IMG/VR virus record: IMGVR_UViG_2582580966_000018
Length of the DNA: 18,422 nt
Reading direction: 5' to 3' (one strand)
From: a virus
Lineage: Duplodnaviria > Heunggongvirae > Uroviricota > Caudoviricetes
Below are positions 7,734 through 17,806 of the stretch, piece after piece (within the stretch, counting starts at the first letter, position 1; the number at the start of each line of letters is the position of its first letter). The translations under genes and the position numbers were made by a program. The notes below the pieces were generated by a model. The model did not search any database. It saw only the letters and a list, made by a program, of their open reading frames with translations, and had not been told where the DNA came from.

Positions 7734-7758
7734 GTTATTAGCTCAGTGATGTAGATGG

Positions 7759-8049
7759 TCATCTTTTAACTCCATATACTGCCAATACCCGTTTCATCGC
7801 GGCACTCTGGCGACACTCCTTAAAAATCAGGTTCGTGCTCATCTTTCCTTCCCGTTCTTCCCTGGTAGCAAATCGGTAATACACCGTTCGCCAGACCTTA
7901 CCTTCGATAACCAGAAGACCTGCCCGTGCCATTTTAGCCGCGGCCTGATTTATGCTGGTTACTGTTGCGCCTGTTAGCGCGGCAACGTCCGGCGCACAGA
8001 AGCTATTATGCGTCCCCAGGTAATGAATAATTGCCTCTTTGCCCGTCAT
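7759..8049 (-). CDS. ren: Ren
   Basis: 96-aa product matches lambda Ren; ATGA overlap with P stop. Confidence 0.9.
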   Translation of the reverse strand: MTGKEAIIHYLGTHNSFCAPDVAALTGATVTSINQAAAKMARAGLLVIEGKVWRTVYYRFATREEREGKMSTNLIFKECRQSAAMKRVLAVYGVKR

Positions 8050-8747
8050 ACACTTGCTCCTTTCAGTCCGAACTTAGCTTTGATTTCTGCGATCTTCGCC
8101 AGAGCCTGTGCACGATTTAGAGGTCTACCGCCCATGACAGGAAGTTGTTTTACTGGTTCAGGGATCGCCTCACCACGGTTAATTCTCGCAGTCATATGGA
8201 CAAGCTCATCTGCGGCCTTACGGCGTAATTCCGCATCAGTAAGCGCATTGGCCCGCATGTTCTGATACAGGTTGGTAACCAGCCAGTAGTGCGCGTTTGA
8301 TTTCCACGGATAAGACTCCGCATCCGGATACAGGCCTCGCTTCCGGCAATACTCGTAAACCATATCAACCAGCTCGCTGACGTTTGGCAGTCCGGCGGTA
8401 ACGGATGCTTCTTCCCGGCACCATGCAACAAACTGCCCGGGTGATGGCAGAAATGGTCGATTCTGCCGACGGGCTACGCGCATTCCTGCGTTAACCTGTT
8501 CCATCGTGGTGATCCCGTTTTCCCGAAAAGCCAGAACCCACTGGCGACGGATTTCGTTCACTTCGTTCTGGTCACGGTTAGCCAGGCTCGCCGGGAAAGT
8601 TGCCAGTAACTGGCTGAACACACCGTTGATGATCTGCGCTACCTGCTGTACCTGCGGCTTTTCGTCGTACTGTTCCGGCATGTTGTTGGCGATCCGACGC
8701 ATCTGCTCACGGTCAAAGTTAACCATCTGTGCGGCGATGTTTTTCAT
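8046..8747 (-). CDS. P: Replication protein P (DnaB helicase loader)
   Basis: 233-aa product matches lambda P (MKNIAAQMVNFDREQMRRIANNMPEQYDEKPQV…). Confidence 0.95.
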   Translation of the reverse strand: MKNIAAQMVNFDREQMRRIANNMPEQYDEKPQVQQVAQIINGVFSQLLATFPASLANRDQNEVNEIRRQWVLAFRENGITTMEQVNAGMRVARRQNRPFLPSPGQFVAWCREEASVTAGLPNVSELVDMVYEYCRKRGLYPDAESYPWKSNAHYWLVTNLYQNMRANALTDAELRRKAADELVHMTARINRGEAIPEPVKQLPVMGGRPLNRAQALAKIAEIKAKFGLKGASV

Positions 8748-9643
8748 AGATCCACCCCGTAAATCCAGTCTGTGTTTGTCAGGTCGAGTTTTGGTTTGCT
8801 GGCTGTCATGCCTGCCTGTTGCTTGTTACGGTTGATTTCGAGTTGGGTCCACTTATCGCGGAGTTTGGCCGGGCTCAGCACGTTACCGGACCAGAAGTTG
8901 TCCTGGCATGCCCAGCGGAACAGCACGCACATGTCACGGTGGTTACGTCCGTCACGTTCACGCATCAGGCGGATATCGTTAGCCCACCCAGCAAAATTCG
9001 GTTTTCTGGCTGATGGTGCGATAGTCTTCACCATGTCAAACATCCACTCTGCGGCGGTCAGGTCTTCTGCTGTCCCCCACTTGCTGCCGCTCTGAATTGC
9101 AGCATCCGGTTTCACCACAGAAAGGTCGTTTTCTGGCTGGTCAGAGGATTCGCCAGAATTCTCTGACGAATAATCTTTTCTTTTTTCTTTTGTAATAGTG
9201 TCTTTTGTGTCCCCCTGTTTTGAGGGATAGCAATCCCCCAATTTGAGGGATGTTTTATCCCTCGTTTTAGGGGATTTTCCCTCGTTTTGAGGGATGCACC
9301 ATTCTGAGATGTTTTTATTTGGTCCAAACATGCCGCCTTGCTGCTTGATAATATTCATTCTGACGAGTTCTAACTTGGCTTCATTGCACCGTTTGACGGG
9401 TAACTTTGTAATCTCGCTAAGTTGAGAATCGGTGATTCTGTCCATTGGTTTATTCCACCCATAGGTTTTACGCAGAATGGCAAGCAGCACTTTAAACTGT
9501 CGCTTGGTCAGATCTGCGCCCGAATAAGCCTCAAGCAGCATATTTGATAGTCTGGCGTAACCATCATCGAGATCTGCCACATTACGCTCCTGTCCGGCAA
9601 AGTTACCTCTGCCGAAGTTGAGTATTTTTGCTGTATTTGTCAT
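8744..9643 (-). CDS. O: Replication initiator O
   Basis: 299-aa product matches lambda O; contains the ori iterons and the EcoRI site (GAATTC at 9157-9162) internally. Confidence 0.95.
   Translation of the reverse strand: MTNTAKILNFGRGNFAGQERNVADLDDGYARLSNMLLEAYSGADLTKRQFKVLLAILRKTYGWNKPMDRITDSQLSEITKLPVKRCNEAKLELVRMNIIKQQGGMFGPNKNISEWCIPQNEGKSPKTRDKTSLKLGDCYPSKQGDTKDTITKEKRKDYSSENSGESSDQPENDLSVVKPDAAIQSGSKWGTAEDLTAAEWMFDMVKTIAPSARKPNFAGWANDIRLMRERDGRNHRDMCVLFRWACQDNFWSGNVLSPAKLRDKWTQLEINRNKQQAGMTASKPKLDLTNTDWIYGVDL
9170..9293. repeat. ori-lambda: four iterons (about 9210-9293) plus adjacent AT-rich unwinding region (about 9170-9209) inside O
   Basis: Repeated TCCCTCAAAACGAGGGA-type units on the minus strand (plus: …ccctgttttgaggga…ccctcgttttagggga…ccctcgttttgaggga) next to an A/T-rich stretch, as in lambda ori. 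Confidence 0.9.
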
Positions 9644-9653
9644 AATGACTCCT

Positions 9654-9730
9654 GTTGATAGATCCAGTAATGACCTCAGAACTCCATCTGGATTTGTTCA
9701 GAACGCTCGGTTGCCGCCGGGCGTTTTTTA
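9654..9730 (+). ncRNA. oop: oop antisense RNA (antisense to the cII 3' end)
   Basis: Plus strand GTTGATAGATCCAGTAATGACC…GCCGCCGGGCGTTTTTTATT matches the lambda OOP RNA as I recall it, ending in a GC-rich hairpin plus U tract. Confidence 0.65.
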
Positions 9731-9969
9731 TTGGTGAGAATCGCAGCAACTTGTCGCGCCAATCGAGCCATGTCGTCGTCAACGACCCCCCATTCAAGAA
9801 CAGCAAGCAGCATTGAGAACTTTGGAATCCAGTCCCTCTTCCACCTGCTGATCTGCGACTTATCAACGCCCACAGCTTCCGCTGTCTTCTCAGTTCCAAG
9901 CATTGCGATTTTGTTAAGCAACGCACTCTCGATTCGTAGAGCCTCGTTGCGTTTGTTTGCACGAACCAT
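9676..9969 (-). CDS. cII: Transcriptional activator CII
   Basis: MVRANKRNEALRIESALLNKIAMLGTEKTAEAVGVDKSQISRWKRDWIPKFSMLLAVLEWGVVDDDMARLARQVAAILTNKKRPAATERSEQIQMEF matches lambda CII. Preceded by AAGGAAATACTTACAT-ATG as in lambda. The ORF-track N-terminal extension is rejected. Confidence 0.95.
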   Translation of the reverse strand: MVRANKRNEALRIESALLNKIAMLGTEKTAEAVGVDKSQISRWKRDWIPKFSMLLAVLEWGVVDDDMARLARQVAAILTNKKRPAATERSEQIQMEF

Positions 9970-10048
9970 ATGTAAGTATTTCCTTAGATAACAATTGATT
10001 GAATGTATGCAAATAAATGCATACACCATAGGTGTGGTTTAATTTGAT

Positions 10049-10080
10049 GCCCTTTTTCAGGGCTGGGATGTGTAAGAGCG
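10049..10080 (-). promoter_or_regulatory. nutR (boxA CGCTCTTACA, boxB GCCCTGAAAAAGGGC) upstream of tR1
   Basis: boxB at plus 10049-10063 and boxA (reverse complement) at 10071-10080, between cro and cII. Confidence 0.8.
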
Positions 10081-10088
10081 GGAATGTC

Positions 10089-11444
<1,356 letters not shown>

Positions 11445-11494
11445 TCCCCACCTCAATCTCGATAACCAAAAAACAAACTATTTTCCGTTTAAAA

Positions 11495-11563
11495 ACAATG
11501 GAGTTTGTTTTTCATGCCCCTTTCTTACAATATTTCTTGTTTACAACATACAATCTTTTTTGT
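11495..11563. promoter_or_regulatory. OL operator region with pL: three 434-type 14-bp sites
   Basis: ACAATGGAGTTTGT (11495-11508), ACAATATTTCTTGT (11527-11540), ACAATCTTTTTTGT (11550-11563), followed by the lambda-like pL transcript start sequence ATCAGCAGGACGCACTGACC near 11575. Confidence 0.8.
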
Positions 11564-11608
11564 AATTTTAAACCATCAGCAGGACGCACTGACCACCATT
11601 GAAGGTGA

Positions 11609-11639
11609 TGCTCTTAAAAATTAAGCCCTGAAGAAGGGC
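11609..11639 (+). promoter_or_regulatory. nutL (boxA GCTCTTAAAAATTAA, boxB GCCCTGAAGAAGGGC)
   Basis: Matches lambda nutL as recalled; lies in the pL leader upstream of N. Confidence 0.85.
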
Positions 11640-11797
11640 AGCATTCAAAGCAGAAGGCTTTGGGGTGTGTGATACGAAACGAAGCATTGGCCGGAAGTGC
11701 GAATCCGGATTAGCTGCAAATGAGCCAATCGTGGGGTGTTTTCGTTCAGGACTACGACTCACACACACCACCAAAGCTAACTGACAAGAGAATCCAG

Positions 11798-12121
11798 ATG
11801 GATGCACAAACACGCCGCCGCGAACGTCGCGCAGAGAAACAGGCTCAATGGAAAGCAGCAAATCCCCTGTTGGTTGGGGTAAGCGCAAAACCAGTTAACC
11901 GCCCTATTCTCTCGCTGAATCGCAAACCGAAATCACGAGTAGAAAGCGCACTGAATCCGATAGACCTTACGGTGCTGGCTGAATACCACGAACAGATTGA
12001 AAGCAACCTGCAACGTATTGAGCGCAAGAATCTTCGAGTTTGGTATAGCAAGCCAAGTGAGTTCGGTATAACTTGTCAAGGAAGACAAAAGGTTAAAGGG
12101 AAATCCATTCCATTGGCATGA
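11798..12121 (+). CDS. N: Antitermination protein N
   Basis: MDAQTRRRERRAEKQAQWKAANPLLVGVSAKPVNRPILSLNRKPKSRVESALNPIDLTVLAEYH… matches lambda N with a few substitutions; includes the arginine-rich boxB-binding motif. The ORF-track upstream extension is rejected. Confidence 0.9.
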   Translation: MDAQTRRRERRAEKQAQWKAANPLLVGVSAKPVNRPILSLNRKPKSRVESALNPIDLTVLAEYHEQIESNLQRIERKNLRVWYSKPSEFGITCQGRQKVKGKSIPLA

Positions 12122-12129
12122 GGTACGTA

Positions 12130-12210
12130 ATGAAGAAAATTGATTACAAGTCCATACCAAAACCAATAGACTCAGCATCAGAGCGAAAAAAAACACAAAA
12201 AAGAGGCTGA
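12130..12210 (+). CDS. Possible small basic peptide, 26 aa (MKKIDYKSIPKPIDSASERKKTQKRG)
   Basis: ATG 6 nt after a GAGG that sits right at the N stop codon. Not in the ORF track because it is under 60 aa. Could be non-coding. Confidence 0.25.
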   Translation: MKKIDYKSIPKPIDSASERKKTQKRG

Positions 12211-12319
12211 AAAATTAGCAAATTATATCAGTTTTATTAGAAACAATGCTCACGGCGATGGCGACAGGAAGTTGCTTTCAGATGCCCGGACCCAAGCGTT
12301 CAGCATACTTCGTAAGCAG

Positions 12320-13000
12320 ATGCAATATCGTCTTCATCCAGGCTACATAATTGAAATTCGCCCGACTGAAAGACAATTGTTCTTATTAAACTCTGTCTTT
12401 GACTTTGTAAACGTAGTTGGAGATCTTATCGACAGGTCTGTAGATAAGGCTCCTGATACAAATAGTTTTCTTCTAACAAATAAAGAATACTTATATGGTA
12501 AATTTGGTATAAACGGATGGCAAAAATATGTACGATTCTTACGTGCATTCGTTGATGCGAATAAAAATTCCGACATGATTTATACATATTTGCCTGGTGG
12601 TAATAATTGTACGCTTTCGGCAGACAATAGAATATTCATACCTATACTTGGTCTTGGGCTGATTAATGCAGTAAATGAAAGAGATGTTATAATTGTTAAG
12701 CAGTGGCGAAAGCATGAGGGATATAGATATCTGCCATGCTTTGATATATTAAAAATACAGAATAAATTCTATGTAAAAATTAAATATAAAGAAGATGTTT
12801 TCTTCCTCAGAAAAAACAAAGATCTTTTACAAGAACTTTCTGGGACAATAGATGTCATCGTAGGTTCTAGGTTTATAAAAGAACTGAAAGAAAGCAGGTC
12901 TTTCTCTCGTGTAGAGATAAGCGAGTCAGAGTTATGGGGTATATCAAATAATCCTGTAAACCACGCTCACCAACGAAATCCAAACAAAAAGTGGTCATAA
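12320..13000 (+). CDS. Hypothetical protein, 226 aa (242 aa if the TTG at 12272 is used); AT-rich accessory gene in the sieB/ral position
   Basis: Long ORF in visibly AT-rich DNA between N and ea10. No TM segments or motifs I recognise. Start is uncertain. Followed directly by an intrinsic terminator. Confidence 0.55.
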   Translation: MQYRLHPGYIIEIRPTERQLFLLNSVFDFVNVVGDLIDRSVDKAPDTNSFLLTNKEYLYGKFGINGWQKYVRFLRAFVDANKNSDMIYTYLPGGNNCTLSADNRIFIPILGLGLINAVNERDVIIVKQWRKHEGYRYLPCFDILKIQNKFYVKIKYKEDVFFLRKNKDLLQELSGTIDVIVGSRFIKELKESRSFSRVEISESELWGISNNPVNHAHQRNPNKKWS

Positions 13001-13024
13001 CCCGCTCAGGCGGGTTTCATTTTC
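13000..13024 (+). terminator. Intrinsic terminator after the accessory gene
   Basis: aCCCGC-tcag-GCGGGt followed by TTCATTTTC. Confidence 0.6.
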
Positions 13025-13142
13025 ACGCAAACAACAGAATAAACACTGCACTGTGTATTCATTCCAACGAGTGAATACACGGAGCAATGTCGCTCGTAAC
13101 TAAACAGGAGTCGACTTGTTCTGATTATTGGAAATCTTCTTT

Positions 13143-13172
13143 GCCCTCCAGTGTGAGGGCGATTTTTTATCT
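13143..13172 (+). terminator. Intrinsic terminator upstream of ea10
   Basis: GCCCTC-cagtgt-GAGGGC followed by GATTTTTTATCT. Confidence 0.6.
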
Positions 13173-13188
13173 GTGAGGATATGAACAG

Positions 13189-13557
13189 ATGTCAAACATC
13201 AAAAAATACATCATTGATTACGACTGGAAAGCATCAATAGAAATTGAAATCGACCATGACGTAATGACAGAGGAAAAACTTCACCAGATTAATAATTTCT
13301 GGTCAGACTCTGAATACCGACTCAATAAACACGGCTCTGTATTAAATGCTGTATTAATCATGCTGGCGCAACATGCTCTGCTTATAGCAATTTCAAGCGA
13401 CTTAAATGCATATGGTGTTGTGTGTGAGTTCGACTGGAATGATGGAAATGGTCAGGAAGGATGGCCTCCAATGGATGGTAGCGAAGGAATAAGAATTACC
13501 GATATCGATACATCAGGAATATTTGATCCAGATGATATGACTATCAAAGCCGCCTGA
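13189..13557 (+). CDS. ea10: Ea10 (lambda early protein, 122 aa)
   Basis: Length and sequence consistent with lambda Ea10 as recalled; GAGGA Shine-Dalgarno upstream; position between the sieB/ral slot and cIII. Confidence 0.75.
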   Translation: MSNIKKYIIDYDWKASIEIEIDHDVMTEEKLHQINNFWSDSEYRLNKHGSVLNAVLIMLAQHALLIAISSDLNAYGVVCEFDWNDGNGQEGWPPMDGSEGIRITDIDTSGIFDPDDMTIKAA

Positions 13558-13629
13558 GCGCGGCGTTACCGCATACCAATAACGCTTCACTCGAGGCGTT
13601 TTTCGTTATGTATAAATAAGGAGCACACC

Positions 13630-13794
13630 ATGCAATATGCCATTGCAGGGTGGCCTGTTGCTGGCTGCCCTTCCGAATCTTTACTTGAACGAATCACCCG
13701 TAAATTACGTGACGGATGGAAACGCCTTATCGACATACTTAATCAGCCAGGAGTCCCAAAAAATGGATCAAACACTTATGGCTATCCAGACTAA
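13630..13794 (+). CDS. cIII: CIII (FtsH inhibitor), 54 aa
   Basis: [54 protein letters not shown] matches lambda CIII. AAGGAG upstream. Missing from the ORF track because it is under 60 aa. Confidence 0.9.
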   Translation: MQYAIAGWPVAGCPSESLLERITRKLRDGWKRLIDILNQPGVPKNGSNTYGYPD

Positions 13795-13927
13795 ATTCAC
13801 TATCGCCACTTTTATTGGCGATGAAAAGATGTTTCGTGAGGCCGTCGACGCTTATAAAAAATGGATATTAATACTGAAACTGAGATCAAGCAAAAGCATT
13901 CACTACCCCCCTTCCCTGTTTTCCTAA
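13763..13927 (+). CDS. kil: Kil (host-killing/FtsZ inhibitor), 54 aa here
   Basis: [34 protein letters not shown]… overlaps the cIII 3' end and the gam 5' end, as lambda kil does. Confidence 0.7.
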   Translation: MDQTLMAIQTKFTIATFIGDEKMFREAVDAYKKWILILKLRSSKSIHYPPSLFS

Positions 13928-14277
13928 TCAGCCCGGCATTTCGCGGACGATATTTTCACAGCTATTTCAGGAGTTCAGCCATGAACGCTTATTACATTCA
14001 GGATCGTCTTGAGGCTCAGAGCTGGGCGCGTCACTACCAGCAGATCGCCCGTGAAGAGAAAGAGGCAGAACTGGCAGACGACATGGAAAAAGGCCTGCCC
14101 CAGCACCTGTTTGAATCGCTATGCATCGATCATTTGCAACGCCACGGGGCCAGCAAAAAAGCCATTACCCGTGCGTTTGATGACGATGTTGAGTTTCAGG
14201 AGCGCATGGCAGAACACATCCGGTACATGGTTGAAACCATTGCTCACCATCAGGTTGATATTGATTCAGAGGTATAA
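13861..14277 (+). CDS. gam: Gam (RecBCD inhibitor), long form
   Basis: 138-aa product matches lambda Gam; internal [21 protein letters not shown] start of the short form is present. Confidence 0.9.
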   Translation: MDINTETEIKQKHSLPPFPVFLISPAFRGRYFHSYFRSSAMNAYYIQDRLEAQSWARHYQQIAREEKEAELADDMEKGLPQHLFESLCIDHLQRHGASKKAITRAFDDDVEFQERMAEHIRYMVETIAHHQVDIDSEV

Positions 14278-14282
14278 AACGG

Positions 14283-15068
14283 ATGAGTACAGCACTCGCA
14301 ACGCTGGCAGGGAAGCTGGCTGAACGTGTCGGCATGGATTCTGTCGACCCACAGGAACTGATCACCACTCTTCGCCAGACGGCATTTAAAGGTGATGCCA
14401 GCGATGCGCAGTTCATCGCATTGTTGATCGTCGCCAACCAGTACGGCCTTAATCCGTGGACGAAAGAAATTTACGCCTTCCCTGATAAGCAGAACGGCAT
14501 CGTTCCGGTGGTGGGCGTTGATGGCTGGTCCCGTATCATCAATGAAAACCAGCAGTTTGATGGCATGGACTTTGAGCAGGACAATGAATCCTGCACATGC
14601 CGGATTTACCGCAAGGACCGTAATCATCCGATCTGCGTTACCGAGTGGATGGATGAATGCCGCCGCGAACCATTCAAAACCCGCGAAGGCAGAGAAATCA
14701 CGGGGCCGTGGCAGTCGCATCCCAAACGGATGTTGCGTCATAAAGCCATGATTCAGTGTGCCCGTCTGGCCTTCGGATTTGCTGGTATCTATGACAAGGA
14801 TGAAGCCGAGCGCATTGTCGAAAATACCGCATACACTGCAGAACGTCAGCCGGAACGCGACATCACTCCGGTTAACGATGAAACCATGCAGGAGATTAAC
14901 ACTCTGCTGATTGCCCTGGATAAAACATGGGATGACGACTTATTGCCGCTCTGTTCCCAGATATTTCGCCGCGACATTCGCGCATCGTCAGAACTGACAC
15001 AGGCCGAAGCAGTGAAAGCTCTTGGATTCCTGAAACAGAAAGCCTCTGAGCAGAAGGTGGCTGCATGA
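14283..15068 (+). CDS. bet: Bet (Red-beta single-strand annealing protein)
   Basis: 261-aa product matches lambda Bet. Confidence 0.95.
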   Translation: MSTALATLAGKLAERVGMDSVDPQELITTLRQTAFKGDASDAQFIALLIVANQYGLNPWTKEIYAFPDKQNGIVPVVGVDGWSRIINENQQFDGMDFEQDNESCTCRIYRKDRNHPICVTEWMDECRREPFKTREGREITGPWQSHPKRMLRHKAMIQCARLAFGFAGIYDKDEAERIVENTAYTAERQPERDITPVNDETMQEINTLLIALDKTWDDDLLPLCSQIFRRDIRASSELTQAEAVKALGFLKQKASEQKVAA

Positions 15069-15745
15069 CACCGGACATTATCCTGCAGCGTACCGGGATC
15101 GACGTGAGAGCTGTCGAACAGGGAGATGATGCGTGGAACAAATTACGACTCGGCGTCATCACGGCTTCAGAAGTTCACAATGTGATAGCAAAACCCCGCT
15201 CCGGTAAAAAGTGGCCTGACATGAAAATGTCCTACTTTCACACCCTGCTGGCTGAGATTTGTACCGGTGTGGCTCCGGAAGTTAACGCTAAGGCGCTGGC
15301 CTGGGGAAAAAAGTACGAGAATGACGCCAGAGCCCTGTTTGAGTTTACTTCCGGCGTGAATGTTACTGAATCCCCGATCATCTATCGCGACGAAAGTATG
15401 CGCACCGCCTGCTCTCCCGATGGTTTATGCAGTGACGGCAACGGCCTTGAGCTGAAATGCCCGTTTACCTCCCGGGATTTCATGAAGTTCCGGCTCGGTG
15501 GTTTCGAGGCCATAAAGTCGGCTTACATGGCCCAGGTGCAGTACAGCATGTGGGTGACGCGAAAAGATGCCTGGTACTTTGCCAACTATGACCCACGAAT
15601 GAAGCGTGAAGGCCTGCATTATGTCGTGGTTGAGCGGGATGAAAATTACATGGCGAGTTTTGACGAGATGGTGCCGGAGTTCATCGAAAAAATGGACGAG
15701 GCACTGGCTGAAATTGGTTTTGTATTTGGGGAGCAATGGCGATGA
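15065..15745 (+). CDS. exo: Exo (Red-alpha 5'-3' exonuclease)
   Basis: 226-aa product matches lambda Exo with synonymous differences (the lambda EcoRI site in exo is absent here: GAGTTT instead of GAATTC at about 15341-15346). Confidence 0.95.
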   Translation: MTPDIILQRTGIDVRAVEQGDDAWNKLRLGVITASEVHNVIAKPRSGKKWPDMKMSYFHTLLAEICTGVAPEVNAKALAWGKKYENDARALFEFTSGVNVTESPIIYRDESMRTACSPDGLCSDGNGLELKCPFTSRDFMKFRLGGFEAIKSAYMAQVQYSMWVTRKDAWYFANYDPRMKREGLHYVVVERDENYMASFDEMVPEFIEKMDEALAEIGFVFGEQWR

Positions 15746-15924
15746 CGCATCCTCACGATAATATCCGGGTAGGCGCGATCACTTTCGTCTACTCCGTTAC
15801 AAAGCGAGGCTGGGTATTTCCCGGCCTTTCTGTTACCCGAAATCCCCTGAAAGCACAGCGGCTGGCTGAGGAGATAAATAATAAACGGGGAGCTGTATGC
15901 ACAAAGCATCTCCTGTTGAGTTAA
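15736..15924 (+). CDS. Lambda orf60a-like small protein
   Basis: Position immediately after exo and sequence consistent with lambda orf60a as recalled. Confidence 0.6.
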   Translation: MAMTHPHDNIRVGAITFVYSVTKRGWVFPGLSVTRNPLKAQRLAEEINNKRGAVCTKHLLLS

Positions 15925-16088
15925 GAACGAGCATTGAGATGGCACATAGCCTCGCTCAAATTGGAGTCAGGTTTGTGCCAATACCGGTAGAAACAGACGA
16001 AGAATTTCATACGTTAGCCGCATCCCTTTCACAAAAGCTGGAAATGATGGTGGCGAAAGCAGAAGCAGATGAGAGAGACCAGGTATGA
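15897..16088 (+). CDS. Lambda orf63-like small protein
   Basis: Position and sequence consistent with lambda orf63. Confidence 0.65.
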   Translation: MHKASPVELRTSIEMAHSLAQIGVRFVPIPVETDEEFHTLAASLSQKLEMMVAKAEADERDQV

Positions 16089-16168
16089 CAACCACTGAAT
16101 GCATTTTTCTGGCAGCGGGCTTCATATTCTGTGTGCTTATGCTTGCCGACATGGGACTTGTTCAATGA
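16085..16168 (+). CDS. Possible 27-aa hydrophobic peptide (MTTTECIFLAAGFIFCVLMLADMGLVQ)
   Basis: ATG overlaps the orf63 stop (ATGA) and its TGA overlaps the next gene's ATG (ATGA): coupled on both sides. One predicted TM helix. Not in the ORF track (under 60 aa). Confidence 0.3.
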   Translation: MTTTECIFLAAGFIFCVLMLADMGLVQ

Positions 16169-16380
16169 CACCTCAGCAAGAAAACGCCCTTCGCAGTATT
16201 GCCCGTCAGGCTAATTCTGAAATCAAAAAAGCCAGACAGCAGTTTCCGGATAAAAACGTCGATGACATTTGCCGTAGCGTACTGAAGAAGCACCGCGAAA
16301 CGGTAACGCTGATGGGATTCACACCGACTCATTTAAGCCTGGCGATCGGCATGTTAAACGGCGTCTTTAAGGAACGGTGA
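16165..16380 (+). CDS. Lambda orf61-like small protein
   Basis: MTPQQENALRSIARQANSEIKKARQQFPDKNVDD…; position consistent with lambda orf61. The ORF-track upstream extension is rejected in favour of the coupled ATG. Confidence 0.6.
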   Translation: MTPQQENALRSIARQANSEIKKARQQFPDKNVDDICRSVLKKHRETVTLMGFTPTHLSLAIGMLNGVFKER

Positions 16381-16402
16381 GCATGAAAAACAAAATCATC
16401 AT

Positions 16403-16426
16403 GGAGCTACAGGCTCCTTTTTTATT
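16403..16426 (+). terminator. Intrinsic terminator-like hairpin after orf61
   Basis: GGAGC-tacag-GCTCC followed by TTTTTTATT. Confidence 0.5.
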
Positions 16427-16478
16427 ATTCGCATTCACCCTCAAGCGTATTAACCAACAATTCAGGGATTAATGAAAG

Positions 16479-16700
16479 ATGGCAGACATCATTGATTCAG
16501 CATCAGAAATTGAAGAATTACAGCGCAACACAGCAATAAAAATGCGCCGTCTGAACCACCAGGCTATATCTGCCACTCATTGTTGTGAGTGTGGCGATCC
16601 GATAGATGAACGAAGACGCTTGGCCGTTCAGGGTTGTCGGACTTGTGCAAGTTGCCAGGAGGATCTGGAACTTATCAGTAAACAGAGAGGTTCGAAGTGA
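16479..16700 (+). CDS. TraR/DksA-family C4 zinc-finger protein (lambda orf73-like)
   Basis: CCECGDP…CRTCASC four-cysteine motif typical of TraR/DksA-type RNA-polymerase-binding proteins. Confidence 0.8.
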   Translation: MADIIDSASEIEELQRNTAIKMRRLNHQAISATHCCECGDPIDERRRLAVQGCRTCASCQEDLELISKQRGSK

Positions 16701-17245
16701 GCGAAATTAACTCTCAGGCACTGCGTGAAGCGGCAGAGCAGGCAATGCATGACGACTGGGGATTTGACGCAGACCTTTTCCATGAATTGGTAACACCATC
16801 GATTGTGCTGGAACTGCTGGATGAACGGGAAAGAAACCAGCAATACATCAAACGCCGCGACCAGGAGAACGAGGATATTGCGCTAACAGTAGGGAAACTG
16901 CGTGTTGAGCTTGAAACAGCAAAATCAAAACTCAACGAGCAGCGTGAGTATTACGAAGGTGTTATCTCGGATGGGAGTAAGCGTATTGCTAAACTGGAAA
17001 GCAACGAAGTCCGTGAAGACGGAAACCAGTTTCTTGTTGTTCGCCATCCTGGGAAGACTCCTGTTATCAAGCACTGCACTGGTGACCTGGAAGAGTTTCT
17101 GCGGCAGTTAATCGAACAAGACCCGTTAGTAACTATCGACATCACTACGCATCGCTATTACGGGGTTGGAGGTCAATGGGTTCAGGATGCAGGTGAGTAT
17201 CTGCATATGATGTCTGACGCTGGCATTTGCATCAAAGGAGAGTGA
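16697..17245 (+). CDS. ea22: Ea22
   Basis: 182-aa product consistent with lambda Ea22; GTG start overlapping the previous stop (GTGA) with GAGAGG upstream. Confidence 0.75.
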   Translation: MSEINSQALREAAEQAMHDDWGFDADLFHELVTPSIVLELLDERERNQQYIKRRDQENEDIALTVGKLRVELETAKSKLNEQREYYEGVISDGSKRIAKLESNEVREDGNQFLVVRHPGKTPVIKHCTGDLEEFLRQLIEQDPLVTIDITTHRYYGVGGQWVQDAGEYLHMMSDAGICIKGE

Positions 17246-17436
17246 GATCGGTTTTGTAAAAGATAACGCTTGTGAAAATGCTGAATTTCGCGTCGTCTTC
17301 ACAGCGATGCCAGAGTCTGTAGTGTCAGATGATGACCGTACTCAAACATCGGGTTGAGTATTATCTTACTGTTTCTTTACATAAACATTGCTGATACCGT
17401 TTAGCTGAAACGACATACATTGCAAGGAGTTTATAA

Positions 17437-17718
17437 ATGCGTATCAATGAGTTAGAGTCTGAGCAAAAAGATTGGGCGTTATCAATGTTGTGCAGATCCG
17501 GTGTCTTGTCTCCATGCAGACATCACGAAGGTGTTTATGTAGATGAAGGTATAGATATAGAGTCGGCATACAAATATTCCATGAAGGTTTATAAGTCTAA
17601 TGAAGACAAATCCCCATTCTGCAATGTGCGAGAAATGACTGATACCGTGCAAAATTATTATCACGAGTACGGTGGAAACGATACTTGCCCTCTCTGTACA
17701 AAACATATAGATGATTAA
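17437..17718 (+). CDS. ea8.5: Ea8.5
   Basis: 93-aa Cys/His-containing product consistent with lambda Ea8.5; AGGAG upstream. Confidence 0.75.
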   Translation: MRINELESEQKDWALSMLCRSGVLSPCRHHEGVYVDEGIDIESAYKYSMKVYKSNEDKSPFCNVREMTDTVQNYYHEYGGNDTCPLCTKHIDD

Positions 17719-17735
17719 ACCCAATATTACATAAC

Positions 17736-17767
17736 AATCCTCGCACTCGCGGGGATTTCTTTTATCT
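17736..17767 (+). terminator. Intrinsic terminator after ea8.5 (first of tandem pair)
   Basis: AATCCTCGC-actc-GCGGGGATT (9-bp stem, one G-U) followed by TCTTTTATCT. Confidence 0.65.
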
Positions 17768-17769
17768 GA

Positions 17770-17795
17770 ACTCGCTACGGCGAGTTTTGTTTTAT
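17770..17795 (+). terminator. Second tandem intrinsic terminator
   Basis: ACTCGC-tacg-GCGAGT followed by TTTGTTTTAT. Confidence 0.55.
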
Positions 17796-17806
17796 GGAGA
17801 CAAGAA

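Noticed and set aside
8506-9095. Plus-strand ORFs of 109, 107 and 64 aa
   Set aside because: Antisense to P and O; no independent support.
9170-9293. Short tandem repeats that could be mistaken for a small CRISPR-like array
   Set aside because: They are the ori-lambda iterons inside the O gene, with the adjacent AT-rich unwinding region; there are no spacer/repeat units of CRISPR size.
12343-12576. 77-aa minus-strand ORF inside the sieB/ral-slot gene
   Set aside because: Short, antisense to a much longer ORF, no RBS; it would be expected to be longer if a lambda-like sieB were encoded on this strand.
13637-13927. 96-aa ORF as drawn in the track
   Set aside because: Its 5' part is an out-of-frame read through cIII; the real genes are cIII (13630-13794, other frame) and kil starting at the internal ATG 13763.
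14250-14741. 163-aa minus-strand ORF
   Set aside because: Antisense to bet, whose product is unambiguous; no RBS or context support.
16383-16472. 29-aa ORF between orf61 and the TraR-like gene
   Set aside because: Overlaps the terminator hairpin at 16403-16426 and has no convincing RBS; more likely non-coding.
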